Shown one piece after another: positions 19,871 to 29,657 of a stretch of DNA of 64,000 nt. The translations under genes were made by a program, and so were the position numbers. Origin of the DNA: Gemmatimonadales bacterium (lineage in GTDB: Bacteria > Gemmatimonadota > Gemmatimonadetes > Gemmatimonadales > GWC2-71-9). Under the pieces are notes generated by a model. The model did not search any database. It was not told the DNA's origin and saw nothing but the letters and a program-made list of their open reading frames with translations. Location: NCBI GenBank assembly GCA_037189525.1, contig JBBCJC010000003.1:288001-352000 (forward strand), written 5' to 3'. Each line of letters opens with the position of its first letter. The stretch's first letter is position 1.

Positions 19871-21456
19871 GGGAGCCTCTGATTTCCGGTCGGTACGGTG
19901 GCCGCGCGCGGCGCAACCTGAGTTTGTGATGATGCGGGGGCTGCCGTCTGCGGAGCGTTGCCCGCGTCTCCGCTGCCCAGCGGTAAGTCGGCGAGCAGCG
20001 CCAGGCGGACTTTCGCGACCTGGAGATCGCGGGCGGCCTGGGCGCGGTTCGTTTCTGCCTGCTGCAGGGCCAGACGGGCGTCGAGCAACTCCGTCTGGGT
20101 CGAGATCCCCTCGCGGAAGCGGAGTTCGGCAATCTGATAGGCGCGGGCGGCCTGAGTGGCCGTCCCGTCGCTGGCTGCCCAGGCGGCGAGCGCGGCGTCA
20201 CGCTGGGCAACGGCGTTGTAGCCGTCGAGTGCCGCGGCTTTGGTAGCCTGCTGGTACCGCAGTTTGGCTTCGGCCACCGCGGCGCGGGCCTGGGTACGGT
20301 CGCCGCTCAGCCGGCCGCCGGTAAAGATCGGAACTTGCACACCAAGCGCAACGTTCCAGTCGGTCAGGAACTCATCCCAGGCCGGAAATGCCCGCGACGG
20401 ATAGGCGATCCGAGTGTACTGGCTCGACAGCGTCAGCGCCGGGAGCCGCTGTGCGCGGGAGGCCTGATCCAGCCCTTCCTGAGCCCGAACCGCTTCGGCC
20501 GCCTGCCGCACCGTGGCGCGGTTGGCAGCTGCCGTATCGGGGGAGGCGCTGGCCAGGGCGGCCAGGCTCGGCGTCGACGACAGGGCTGTATCGGTCAGCG
20601 CGGTGGTCAGCGTCAGAGGCTCGTCGCCTTTCAGGTCCAGGACCTGGCGGAGCCGGAGGTGTGCCAGGTCGCGGCGGGTCTGGGCCTGGATCACGACGGG
20701 ACGCTGATTGTCCCGAGCCACCGTGGCCCGCAGCAGGTCGAATTCCGCCACGGTGCCCAGCTCATGGCGAAGCCGGGTCTGCGCCAGCGTCGTGTCGGAC
20801 TGCGCCAGGGCCGTCGTGGCGATCTCCACCACACGGTCGCCCAGTGCGGCATCGTAATAGGCGTTGACGACATCGACGATGAGCTGCGCCTCGGCCGCGG
20901 TGACGCCAATCGCTGCGCTGGCGCGGCCCGCGTTGGCCGCGCGGATTTGGCCGAGCGTCCTGCCGCCATCGAAGATCATCTGGCTGGCCGCGAGACCGAG
21001 CGTGTAGGTGTTGCGTTGTCCGAACGGCAGGTTGCTGAACGAGCCGAACGGATTGACGGTCGTGACGCAGGCCACGGAACGCTCCAGCGCCTCGAGCCGA
21101 TCGCCGATTGGCCGGGTCGGATCGGCGGCGAAGGCATCGCAACTCGACGGCGCCGGCACGCTTGCTGTGTCGGGCTCGGTCGAGCCGAAGACATTCTCGA
21201 ACTGGGAGCGCAGCTGCCGCGTGTAGGAGAGCGACCCGGTCAGCTGCGGCAGCAATCCGCTGCGCGCGACCTGGTGCTGTCCTCGGGCGCGATCGACGGC
21301 AACACGGGCCAGCCCGACCGCTTCGCTGGCAGGACGCGCCAGACGGAGCGCCTCTTCGAGCGAGAGCGGCCGGGCCTCGGTCGCTTGGCCGGCAAGGCCG
21401 GAACTGAACGTGATGACCAGCATGGCGCCGGCCAACCACGGAGTCAGACGGTTCAC
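19867..21456 (-). CDS. TolC-family outer-membrane efflux protein
   Basis: Signal peptide; LSLEEAL, LLPQL, LRFREGISTQTELLDA repeats. Confidence 0.9.
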   Translation of the reverse strand: MNRLTPWLAGAMLVITFSSGLAGQATEARPLSLEEALRLARPASEAVGLARVAVDRARGQHQVARSGLLPQLTGSLSYTRQLRSQFENVFGSTEPDTASVPAPSSCDAFAADPTRPIGDRLEALERSVACVTTVNPFGSFSNLPFGQRNTYTLGLAASQMIFDGGRTLGQIRAANAGRASAAIGVTAAEAQLIVDVVNAYYDAALGDRVVEIATTALAQSDTTLAQTRLRHELGTVAEFDLLRATVARDNQRPVVIQAQTRRDLAHLRLRQVLDLKGDEPLTLTTALTDTALSSTPSLAALASASPDTAAANRATVRQAAEAVRAQEGLDQASRAQRLPALTLSSQYTRIAYPSRAFPAWDEFLTDWNVALGVQVPIFTGGRLSGDRTQARAAVAEAKLRYQQATKAAALDGYNAVAQRDAALAAWAASDGTATQAARAYQIAELRFREGISTQTELLDARLALQQAETNRAQAARDLQVAKVRLALLADLPLGSGDAGNAPQTAAPASSQTQVAPRAATVPTGNQRLP

Positions 21457-22040
21457 GTCTCGGTCTCCTTGATGCCGAGGGCCCTGAGGAAAAGCGTGAC
21501 GAACTGATCGACGGTCTGATCAGGAGACGGGCGATGCTGGTCGGGGAAGAGATCGCCCGTCATCGCTTCGGCAAAGATGGCTCCGAGGAGGAGCTTGACC
21601 GACGCCTGGAGGTCGACGTCGGTGGTGATGCGGTCGGCCTGGCGGAGCGATTCGAGATAGCCTTCCAGGGCCCGTTCCGCGCACGCGGCATGGGTTTGAT
21701 TGGCCGGCAGCAGCTCGGGATGCTCTTCGACCTCACCAATGGCCTTTCGAATCAGGCCCCGCTGCTCGTACAGCATCTGAAAGACCGACCGGGCCCAGTT
21801 CCGGATATCCTGACCCGGGGTGTCGGAGTGGGCCGGGAATTGGCAGGTCGGGTCACCGCCGCTGGTACTGGCGCAGACGATGGCCTCACGGAGGAGGCGC
21901 TCCTTCGACCCGAAGTGCCGAAAGAGGGTGATTTCGTTGACCCCGGCGCGCTCGGCGATCAGGCGGGTCGTTGCTCCCCGAAAGCCGGTTTCCGAGTAAA
22001 CCCGGGCGGCGGCGTCGAGGATCCGTTCACGGAGTTCCAT
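21453..22040 (-). CDS. TetR/AcrR-family transcriptional regulator
   Basis: ATG 22040 MELRERILDAA..GFRGATTRLIAERAGVNEITLFRHFGSK. Confidence 0.92.
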   Translation of the reverse strand: MELRERILDAAARVYSETGFRGATTRLIAERAGVNEITLFRHFGSKERLLREAIVCASTSGGDPTCQFPAHSDTPGQDIRNWARSVFQMLYEQRGLIRKAIGEVEEHPELLPANQTHAACAERALEGYLESLRQADRITTDVDLQASVKLLLGAIFAEAMTGDLFPDQHRPSPDQTVDQFVTLFLRALGIKETET

Positions 22041-22070
22041 GGGGCGACAAGCTAAGTAGGACGGGCAGGT

Positions 22071-22094
22071 GCAAGCAAGTGGGTACTTGCTTGC
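22071..22094. promoter_or_regulatory. Probable TetR operator overlapping the efflux operon promoter
   Basis: GCAAGCAAGT-gggt-ACTTGCTTGC perfect 10-bp inverted repeat 31 nt upstream of tetR; minus-strand TTGCTT-N18-TAGCTT promoter candidate overlaps it. Confidence 0.7.
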
Positions 22095-22143
22095 CATCGC
22101 TTGGGAGTGGGGAGATTGACTGAGTGACACCGATTCTGGGGCT

Positions 22144-22379
22144 CACCCCGACGAGGGGTGGCCGGGCGTAGACATTGTCGGGATGTTGACCGATCAGCCT
22201 GCACTCGAGCGGGCGGCACCCCTATGGGGCGTCTCGAGTGCGACCTAATGTCAACCGGGACGGAGGGGAATATCGACGAGGGGCGGGCGGACCTCACGCC
22301 TGCCCCTCGTTGACCCGGGCAATTAAGTCCGAGAGGAATCACTCCACGGAGGAGATGTTCTCGATGCGCTAGCATCGAG
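22144..22379 (+). ncRNA. Candidate structured non-coding RNA (unassigned)
   Basis: Four or more hairpins in 240 nt, including a 17-bp stem (22273-22289/22297-22313) with two G.U pairs that work only on the + strand. Confidence 0.35.
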
Positions 22380-22407
22380 CGACGTGGAAGAAACGGTCCC
22401 GAGCCGG

Positions 22408-22528
22408 GAGGTGAGGTGTCGTGCGGGAGGAGCCGCCAGCGCGTCAGTCGGCGCCCCCGCCGTACGATCAACTCAGCCGTTCACGCGCGACTGCAGCGCC
22501 AGGTTCCTCCCGCACGACACCTCACCTC
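22408..22528. repeat. 24-bp perfect inverted repeat with 73-bp spacer (REP/MITE-like)
   Basis: GAGGTGAGGTGTCGTGCGGGAGGA (22408-22431) and its exact reverse complement (22505-22528). Confidence 0.75.
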
Positions 22529-22580
22529 ACGGCCGAGCACGAACACCTGCCCACCAGCCTCCTGCAAGCTCAACAACCCG

Positions 22581-23912
22581 CTATGAGCCAATCGATGCCG
22601 TATTCGATCGTCGCCACCAGAAGTACACCGGCAGCCCGAGCATGACGCCGCCCAGGCCGATCACACCCTGCATCGGATTGTTGATGACGGTGTTCAGCAC
22701 GATCACCGCCGCCGACAACACGAACAGGATCGGCGTCAGCGGGTAGAGCGGTACCTTGAACGGACGCGGAGCATCGGGCTCCCGGCGCCGGAAGACGATG
22801 ACGCTGAGGCCGCCAAGTCCGTAGAAGATCCAGCCGATGAAGACGACGTAGGTGAGCAGGATACCGAAGGTGCCGCTCATCGCCAGCACGGCACCCCAGC
22901 CCGCAATCGCGATGATGGAATTGGCCGGGGTACCGAACCGCGGGTGGACTTCACCCAGCTTCTTGAAGAAAATCCCGTCCTTGGCCATCGCGTAGAACAC
23001 CCGAGAGGCCGTCAGGATGATGGCATGCGCAGCGCTGATGATCGAGACCAGGACCGGAATGGCGATCAGCCGTGCCGCGGTTGGTCCGAAGGTATTCCCG
23101 ACGGCGTCGGACGCCACGGTCGTCGACGCGGCCAGCTTCGTGGGGCCCAGGCCGGCGGCATAGCCGACATTGGTCAGGACGTAGATCACGATGATCGCCA
23201 GCGTGCCGAACACCAGCCCGCGCGGGAAGTTGCGCTGAGGATCTTTGACCTCGCCGCCGATGAAGGTGGCGTACTGCCACCCCTCGTAGGCCCAGAGCAC
23301 GCTGATCATGGCCATCAGTCCGCCGCTCAGCAGCGTGGCGTTCCAGTTGGTCGGCATCGGCTCGGTCACCTCGGAGAGTCCCGAGCCGAACATCGGCAGC
23401 GCCACGATCAGGAACACCAGGGCCAGAGCCTTGGCCGCGGTTGCCACGGTCAGGACGGTGGCGCTCTGCTTGGTGCCCCGCAGGTTGAGGAACGCGAGCG
23501 TGCCCAGCACGACCAGAGCCACGACCTTCTTGCCGAGTCCGGAGAGTCCCGGGAAGAGGGCCGCCATGTTGTCGCCCGTTGCCACCGCCAGCGCAGCCAG
23601 CGACCCGCTCGCGATCACGACGAAGAGCGTCCAGCCGTACATGAACGCCCAGATCGGTCCGAACGCATCACGGATATAGGCATAGAGGCCGCCCGCGCTG
23701 GTACGAGTGCAGCCGAGTTCCGCGTAGGTCAGCGCACCGAGGAGCGTCAGGGTGCCGCCGATGATCCAGACCCCGATGGCCACGCCCAGATAGCCGCCGG
23801 AGTTGGCCATCACGCCGCCCGGGGTGAGGAAGATACCCGAGCCGATGATGGTGCCCATCGTGACGACGGCAACATCCTTGGCGGTGAGGGTTCGTTTGAG
23901 TTCGTCAGACAT
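22581..23912 (-). CDS. APC-family amino acid permease (LAT/SteT-like)
   Basis: IIGSGIF, YAELG, WAYEGW, EVKDPQRNFPR, SRVFYAMAKDG, HPRFGTP motifs. Confidence 0.93.
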   Translation of the reverse strand: MSDELKRTLTAKDVAVVTMGTIIGSGIFLTPGGVMANSGGYLGVAIGVWIIGGTLTLLGALTYAELGCTRTSAGGLYAYIRDAFGPIWAFMYGWTLFVVIASGSLAALAVATGDNMAALFPGLSGLGKKVVALVVLGTLAFLNLRGTKQSATVLTVATAAKALALVFLIVALPMFGSGLSEVTEPMPTNWNATLLSGGLMAMISVLWAYEGWQYATFIGGEVKDPQRNFPRGLVFGTLAIIVIYVLTNVGYAAGLGPTKLAASTTVASDAVGNTFGPTAARLIAIPVLVSIISAAHAIILTASRVFYAMAKDGIFFKKLGEVHPRFGTPANSIIAIAGWGAVLAMSGTFGILLTYVVFIGWIFYGLGGLSVIVFRRREPDAPRPFKVPLYPLTPILFVLSAAVIVLNTVINNPMQGVIGLGGVMLGLPVYFWWRRSNTASIGS

Positions 23913-25248
23913 CGCTCACTCCGCGCGGAGAAGGAGATGACGGCGTCTGCCGTCGCCAGAAGTAGTAGACGGGAAATGCCAGCAGCGTCGCGCCGATCCC
24001 GATCAATCCCTTTCGAGGGTCCTGCACCACGGTATTCACCACGATCGCGAATCCCGCAATCACGAACAGCAGTGGGGTGACCGGGTAGCCGGGAACCTTG
24101 AAGGGGCGGGGCAGGTCGGGCTGCTTGCGGCGGAGCACCAGGACGGCCAGGCCAACCAGCGAGTAGAAGATCCAGCCGACGAAGACGACATACTCGAGCA
24201 GGACATCGAACGTGCCGGAGGCCGCGAGGATGGCGGACCAGACGCCCGCCGCCACCAGCGCAACGGCCGGTGTACCCCAGCGCGGATGCACTTTGGCCAT
24301 CTGCTTGAAGAAGATCCCGTCGTTGGCCATCGCGAAATAGACCCGGGAACTAGTCAGCGAATTCGCCTGCGCAGCTGTCAGCATCGAGATGATGATCGGA
24401 ACGGCAATCAGCGTCCCGGCGGTCGGGCCGAGGACCCGGTTGGTGGCATCGATCGCGACTCGGCTCGAGGCCATCATATCGGCGGGACCGAGCGCTGCCG
24501 TGTAGGCCAGGACGGCGGCGACATAGATCAGCACCAGTGCCAGGGTACCCAAGGCCAGACCTCGGGGGAAGTTCCGTTGCGGATCGATCGTTTCGCCGGC
24601 GACGAAGGTCACGTACTGCCAGCCTTCGTAGGCCCAGAGCACCGCGATGACCGCGAGTCCGGCAGCCGTGAGCAGGCTGGCATCGAAAGTTGCCGGCCAG
24701 ATCTGGTCGACCTGCGCGAAACCGTTGCCGAGCAAGGGGAGCGCGACGACCAGCACCACGATGGCACCGATCTTGAGAGCGGTGCCGATGCTGAAGATGG
24801 TCGCGCTCCGGGAGGTGCCCATCGTATTGATGGCGGTAATCAGCAGCGCGAGCGCCACGGCGAGCACCTGCTGCGTCGAACTGCCCATCGGAATCAGCCC
24901 GGCAATGTACGTCGCCGACGCAACCGCGAGCGCCGCGACCGTACCGGAAGCGATCACCACGAAGAGGGTCCAACCGTAGGCGAACGCCACGGCAGAGCCG
25001 AAGGCGTCGCGCAGGTAGACATAGAGGCCGCCGGCCGTCGGATTGGCGGCCGCAAGCTCCGCATAGCTCAGGGCACCCACGAACGAGAGCAGGCCGCCCA
25101 GGATCCACACCGTCGTGGCCATGCCGATGGTGCCGCCGGACGCTTCGAGTACCCGCCCCGGCACCAGGAAGATGCCCGAGCCGATCACGCCTCCGACGGT
25201 CAGCAGCGCGACCGTCTTGGCGGTGAAGACACGTTTGAGTTCCGCCAT
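23905..25248 (-). CDS. APC-family amino acid permease (tandem paralogue)
   Basis: VIGSGIF, YAELA, WAYEGW, ETIDPQRNFPR, SRVYFAMANDG motifs. Confidence 0.93.
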   Translation of the reverse strand: MAELKRVFTAKTVALLTVGGVIGSGIFLVPGRVLEASGGTIGMATTVWILGGLLSFVGALSYAELAAANPTAGGLYVYLRDAFGSAVAFAYGWTLFVVIASGTVAALAVASATYIAGLIPMGSSTQQVLAVALALLITAINTMGTSRSATIFSIGTALKIGAIVVLVVALPLLGNGFAQVDQIWPATFDASLLTAAGLAVIAVLWAYEGWQYVTFVAGETIDPQRNFPRGLALGTLALVLIYVAAVLAYTAALGPADMMASSRVAIDATNRVLGPTAGTLIAVPIIISMLTAAQANSLTSSRVYFAMANDGIFFKQMAKVHPRWGTPAVALVAAGVWSAILAASGTFDVLLEYVVFVGWIFYSLVGLAVLVLRRKQPDLPRPFKVPGYPVTPLLFVIAGFAIVVNTVVQDPRKGLIGIGATLLAFPVYYFWRRQTPSSPSPRGVSDV

Positions 25249-25970
25249 TACCAGCGCCCCCGATCCCCGACTCGCTCGATGACGCGCCCCAGCCGGTCGG
25301 CTGCGTTGCGCCAGTTGATTTCCACCGCTTCCTTCGCCGTTTCCGCGTCGCCGGCTGCGATGGCGTTGATGATTGCTTTGTGCTCGGCCGCCGAGGTGGC
25401 AATTTCGCCCGTCAGATAGCTCACATAGAGACGTTCGTAGCGTTCCGCCTGCGGTTTGACTGAGCCGTGGAGCAGCAGCAGTCGCGGCCCGCCGGCCACC
25501 TGAACGGTGAGATTGTGGAAACGCTCGTCCAGATCCCAGAGACGATTGTGATCGGGGCGGTTGGCCTGCGCCGCTTTCCTGAAGTCGTTGTTGATCGCCG
25601 TCAGATCCTTGACCAGGGCCTGTCGTTGCGCGGCCGGCAGTTCGGCAGCGCTGGCCGCGGCAAGCGCTTCGAGTTGTCCGACGATGTTGAACAACTCATG
25701 CGCGTCCTCGCCCGTTAGCGGCGCGACCGTGGGCCGGGATTGCCGCATGGCCGGCGAGTCGATGATGTAACCCTCCTGCTGCAGACGCTGCAGCGCCCCG
25801 CGTACGGGGGTGCGGCTCACACCGAAGCGGCTGGCAATGTCCGTTTCGACCAGCCGGCTGCCAGGGGCCAGCCGTCCCAGGACGATCAGTTCCCGGAGCT
25901 GTTCGTAGACTTGTTTCGGTCGGGCCGCGCGCCGACTCGGTCGGGTGGTGCTCTTCTTGGCGGCGGTCAT
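25248..25970 (-). CDS. GntR-family (FCD domain) transcriptional regulator
   Basis: LAPGSRLVE..FGVSRTPVRGAL wHTH; DERFH and EHKAII FCD residues. Confidence 0.92.
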   Translation of the reverse strand: MTAAKKSTTRPSRRAARPKQVYEQLRELIVLGRLAPGSRLVETDIASRFGVSRTPVRGALQRLQQEGYIIDSPAMRQSRPTVAPLTGEDAHELFNIVGQLEALAAASAAELPAAQRQALVKDLTAINNDFRKAAQANRPDHNRLWDLDERFHNLTVQVAGGPRLLLLHGSVKPQAERYERLYVSYLTGEIATSAAEHKAIINAIAAGDAETAKEAVEINWRNAADRLGRVIERVGDRGRW

Positions 25971-26204
25971 GAGGCGGACCCTCCAGAGCGCCGCAGAGCG
26001 GCGCCAGCCACAGTCGAATGAATTGCGTCGAATGCCACGGCAACTCCGTCGAAACGGGTGTCAGGATACCGCCGGCGCAAGCCACGGGCAGCGCGGTGAG
26101 CACCGGCAGTGCATCGCTACGATAAATTCCTCGTGGTCGCGGTGTTGAGCAACATGATACTGGAAAACGGCGGTCGCGGGATAGGAGACGCGACGCGGAT
26201 CGGA

Positions 26205-26216
26205 TTTGTATACAAA
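26205..26216. promoter_or_regulatory. Probable GntR/FadR-type operator
   Basis: Palindrome TTTGTATACAAA between gntR and the divergent acylase, next to a minus-strand TAAGTT -10 candidate. Confidence 0.6.
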
Positions 26217-26333
26217 CTTACGGGCAAGGTCGGCAGTTCCGCCAGCCCCGAACGAAGCCAGTAGGGCCGATTGGCCCTACCTCCGGGTGCTTGACAATGC
26301 AACCGGTTGCGCGGACCTTGTGCGCCACACGCT

Positions 26334-28835
26334 ATGAACCGTCGAATCCTTTCCGCCGTGGGCGGCGTCCTGCTGCTCGGCTTGGCCGGCATTGCTGCCG
26401 TACGAGGGGCAGGGCCGTTGCCGCCGCTTGGCCCGCTACTCGATCCGGCTCACGGAGTCTGGGCCACGGCAAGGGCCGCGCTGCCGCTCGGCAATCGCAC
26501 CATCAAGGCCCGGATCTTCGAGGGCGAGGTCCAGGCTGTCGTGGACCCGCGTGGTGTGCCCCACATCTATGCCGAACACGAGCTGGACGCGTACCGCGCG
26601 CTCGGATATCTGGTGGCGCGGGATCGCCTGTTTCAGCTCGAACTCCAAACCCGCGCGGCCGCCGGCACCCTGACGGAACTGGTCGGCGACCGCGCCCTCT
26701 CGGCCGATCGCGAATCGCGGCGATTCGGCTTCGGACGCCTGGTCGAGCGCCGTCTGGCGGCGGTCGACAGCCAGAGCGGGGCGTTCCGCGCCATGACGGC
26801 CTACGCCGAAGGGGTCAACGCCTGGATCGGATCGATGCGCCCGGGAGACATCCCCCTGGAGTATCGCTTGCTGGGCAAGACGCCGGCTCGATGGGACACC
26901 CGGAATACCTACTTCCTGTTGGCCCGGATGGCGCTGATGCTCGCGTATAACGATCCGTCGATCGTGAAAACGCGCGCTGCGGCACGAATCGGCTGGCCGG
27001 CTGCGGAGGCGTTGTTTCCGGTCGAAGCGCCGATCCAGGAACCGATTCAGCCCAACCCCGGCGATACGACCCGGGCCCGGTTCGATCCGATTCCACCACC
27101 GGGTCTCCCGGACTCGGCCGCGCGAACCCTGCTGGCCGGGTTCGACGCGCTGCCCCGATGGCTGGCCGGTGTACGCGGCAACGCCGAGGACGCCATCGGA
27201 AGTAACAACTGGGCGGTGGCGCCCTTCCGATCCGCCTCGGGCCGCGCACTCCTGGCCGGCGATCCGCACCTGGAGTTGTCACTCCCTTCGATCTGGTATC
27301 AGGCGCATCTGGTCGTTCCGGGCCAGCTCGACGTGGCGGGGGTGACCATGCCGGGTGCGCCCTGGGTCATCATCGGATTCAATCGCGATATTGCCTGGTC
27401 GTTCACGAACACCGGCGCCGACGTCAACGATTTCTATCGCGAAACCGTCGATGATGCCGGCAGCCCGACGACCTACCAGTTGGATGGGACCTGGCATCCG
27501 CTCGAGCTCCGGGTCGAAACCTATCGGTCGCCCGCCGGGGCAGTGCTGGCCACCGATACGGTGCGGTTCACCCATCGCGGTCCGCTCTGGCGGGTCGATG
27601 GCGGCTGGCTCTCGATGGCCTGGACGGTCTACCGCTCCGAAATGAACGGCGCCGAATTCCAGGCGATCGAGCGGGTGCGGTCGGTTCCGGAGTTCCTGGC
27701 GGCCACATCGGGGTTCTCGGTACCTGCGCAGAATATGCTGGTGGCCGATCGGCACGGCTCGATTGCAATCCGGTCGACCGGGACCTATCCGATCCGGCCG
27801 TATTCGGGGCGGGGCGATGTGATCCGCGACGGATCGCAGTCCGCGGCGGATTGGACCGCCAACCTACCGCCGGCTGAATATCCCTTTGCCCAGGATCCGC
27901 CGCAGGGGTTCCTCTCGTCGGCCAATCAGCAACCGGTCGATCCAGCCGCCAACGCGCGGTACTTCGGCGCCCACTGGTACAGCCCGTGGCGCGCCATGCG
28001 GATCAACGATTTGCTGCGCGGCGACCCCGCCGTGACGGCTGACGCGATGCGGCAGTGGCAGGTCGATCCCGGGAGCGCCCGGGCCGATGCATTCATGCCG
28101 TTCCTGCTTGGCATCGGCATGCCCGCTACCCGGCTTGCGGCGGCGCCGTCCAAGACGCAGGATGCGCGTGCGCTCCTGGCCGAGTGGGATCGGCGGTACA
28201 CCCTGACCAACACCGGTGCCGTCCTGTTCGAAGCGGTCATGGCGGAGCTGGCACGCCGGACCTGGGACGAACTCGCTGGCCCCGACAGTGTGGCTCGAGT
28301 GCCGGACGAGGCGCCCGTCAGGCCGGCCGACGCCCTCCTCCTGGGTCTCCTCAGGCAGCCGCAAAACAGCTGGTGGGACGATCGGCGCACCGCGGCCGCG
28401 GTCGAGACCCGGGACGAGATTCTCGAAGCGTCACTGGCCGCCGGCCTCGATTCGGTTGTCGCAAGGTACGGAGCCCCCGGCGACGCGTGGCAGTGGAACA
28501 AAGTGCATCATGCCAACATCAACCACTTGCTGCGCATTCCCGCCCTTTCGGCCCTGGGACTCGGCGTGGCTGGCGGCCCGAGCACGCTGAGTCCCACCAG
28601 CGGTCGCGGCACGTCCGGAGCTAGCTGGCGTATGGTGGTGGAGTTGGGGTCGGAAGTGCGTGCCTGGGGGATTTATCCGGGGGGACAATCCGGCAACCCG
28701 GTCAGCCGTCACTACCGGGATCAGCTGCCGGCGTGGCTGGGCGGACAGCTGGATTCCCTGGTCGTACCGGCCACGATCGATCAGTTCCCGGCCGAAGTGC
28801 CGAGTCGCCTGGTCTTCACGGGAGGCAGCCGATGA
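26334..28835 (+). CDS. Penicillin acylase family (peptidase S45, Ntn-hydrolase)
   Basis: GVPHIYA, ARDRLFQLEL, GSNNWAV (nucleophile Ser), LAGDPHL, PGGQSGNP motifs; TTGACA at 26291 upstream. Confidence 0.93.
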   Translation: MNRRILSAVGGVLLLGLAGIAAVRGAGPLPPLGPLLDPAHGVWATARAALPLGNRTIKARIFEGEVQAVVDPRGVPHIYAEHELDAYRALGYLVARDRLFQLELQTRAAAGTLTELVGDRALSADRESRRFGFGRLVERRLAAVDSQSGAFRAMTAYAEGVNAWIGSMRPGDIPLEYRLLGKTPARWDTRNTYFLLARMALMLAYNDPSIVKTRAAARIGWPAAEALFPVEAPIQEPIQPNPGDTTRARFDPIPPPGLPDSAARTLLAGFDALPRWLAGVRGNAEDAIGSNNWAVAPFRSASGRALLAGDPHLELSLPSIWYQAHLVVPGQLDVAGVTMPGAPWVIIGFNRDIAWSFTNTGADVNDFYRETVDDAGSPTTYQLDGTWHPLELRVETYRSPAGAVLATDTVRFTHRGPLWRVDGGWLSMAWTVYRSEMNGAEFQAIERVRSVPEFLAATSGFSVPAQNMLVADRHGSIAIRSTGTYPIRPYSGRGDVIRDGSQSAADWTANLPPAEYPFAQDPPQGFLSSANQQPVDPAANARYFGAHWYSPWRAMRINDLLRGDPAVTADAMRQWQVDPGSARADAFMPFLLGIGMPATRLAAAPSKTQDARALLAEWDRRYTLTNTGAVLFEAVMAELARRTWDELAGPDSVARVPDEAPVRPADALLLGLLRQPQNSWWDDRRTAAAVETRDEILEASLAAGLDSVVARYGAPGDAWQWNKVHHANINHLLRIPALSALGLGVAGGPSTLSPTSGRGTSGASWRMVVELGSEVRAWGIYPGGQSGNPVSRHYRDQLPAWLGGQLDSLVVPATIDQFPAEVPSRLVFTGGSR

Positions 28836-29203
28836 TGCTGCTGTTCTTCTGGCTGCTGGTCACCGCCAACGCCGCCGGGTTCGGGACGCTGGCGGTAGGG
28901 TGGTGGGCGCTGGTCATCGTCGCGATCGTCGCGGGATTTGCGGCGCCCGAGCGGGCCCGGCCGCTGATGGCCGTTCCGCTCGGTGCGCTGCTGGGATGGG
29001 GTGTCCTGCTGGTTCGGAGCGCGCGGGTCGACAACTTCTCAACGCTGACGGGTCTGCTCGATCAGTTGCTGCCTGTTCCGAGTCCGGTGCTTGCCGTCAC
29101 GACGCTGCTGCTTGCCGTCGTGCTTGGCATCGGTGGAGCGCTGGTTGGGGCGGCCCTGCGTCGGGACGCCCCTTCGACCGGGCCGTCGATCAGCGCGTCG
29201 TGA
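28832..29203 (+). CDS. Hypothetical small membrane protein
   Basis: ATGA overlap with the acylase stop; 3-4 hydrophobic segments. Confidence 0.7.
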   Translation: MMLLFFWLLVTANAAGFGTLAVGWWALVIVAIVAGFAAPERARPLMAVPLGALLGWGVLLVRSARVDNFSTLTGLLDQLLPVPSPVLAVTTLLLAVVLGIGGALVGAALRRDAPSTGPSISAS

Positions 29204-29621
29204 CCAGGATGGCGCCGCCGCCGTAATCGGTGCCGAACTTGGTGGTGGCGTTGGCGCCGTTCAGGTAGCGAATCTCCTTGATGGAAATCGCGCTGATCTG
29301 GCGCAACGTCTCGAGTTCGCCGTGCGGGCTCCCATCGAGGACCACCATCGGCTTGGGCGTGGCGTTGGCCGACGTGCCGCCCATCATGGTCGTCGCGCCG
29401 CGGGTCCGCAGGAAGGTGGGTCGCAGCCGCTGCACGATATCCATTCCGTTCGACGCCTGATTGCGAACCCCTTCGATCTCCTCGAGCGAGATCACGTCCG
29501 GATTCCGCTTCGGCTTTTTTTCTTCCTTGGCCTTCTGAGGTTGATCCTGCGCGACCGCCGGAAGAGCCGCCGCTGATGCGGTGAGGGCGGTGAGAACGAG
29601 GAGTGCGGCAAGTCGTGCCAT
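29190..29621 (-). CDS. Secreted stand-alone TonB-dependent-receptor plug-like domain protein
   Basis: Signal peptide; VISLEEI, PMVVLDG, IKEIRYL.G..AT.KFG....GAILVTTR plug signature; stop directly after the plug. Confidence 0.75.
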   Translation of the reverse strand: MARLAALLVLTALTASAAALPAVAQDQPQKAKEEKKPKRNPDVISLEEIEGVRNQASNGMDIVQRLRPTFLRTRGATTMMGGTSANATPKPMVVLDGSPHGELETLRQISAISIKEIRYLNGANATTKFGTDYGGGAILVTTR

Positions 29622-29657
29622 GACGGACCTCCGAGGTCGAGACTGAAAAACGTGACG

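Noticed and set aside
22349..22373. GGAGGAG-ATG mini-ORF (MFSMR) as leader peptide or type I toxin
   Set aside because: SD-to-ATG spacing too short, only 5 codons, no downstream gene on that strand
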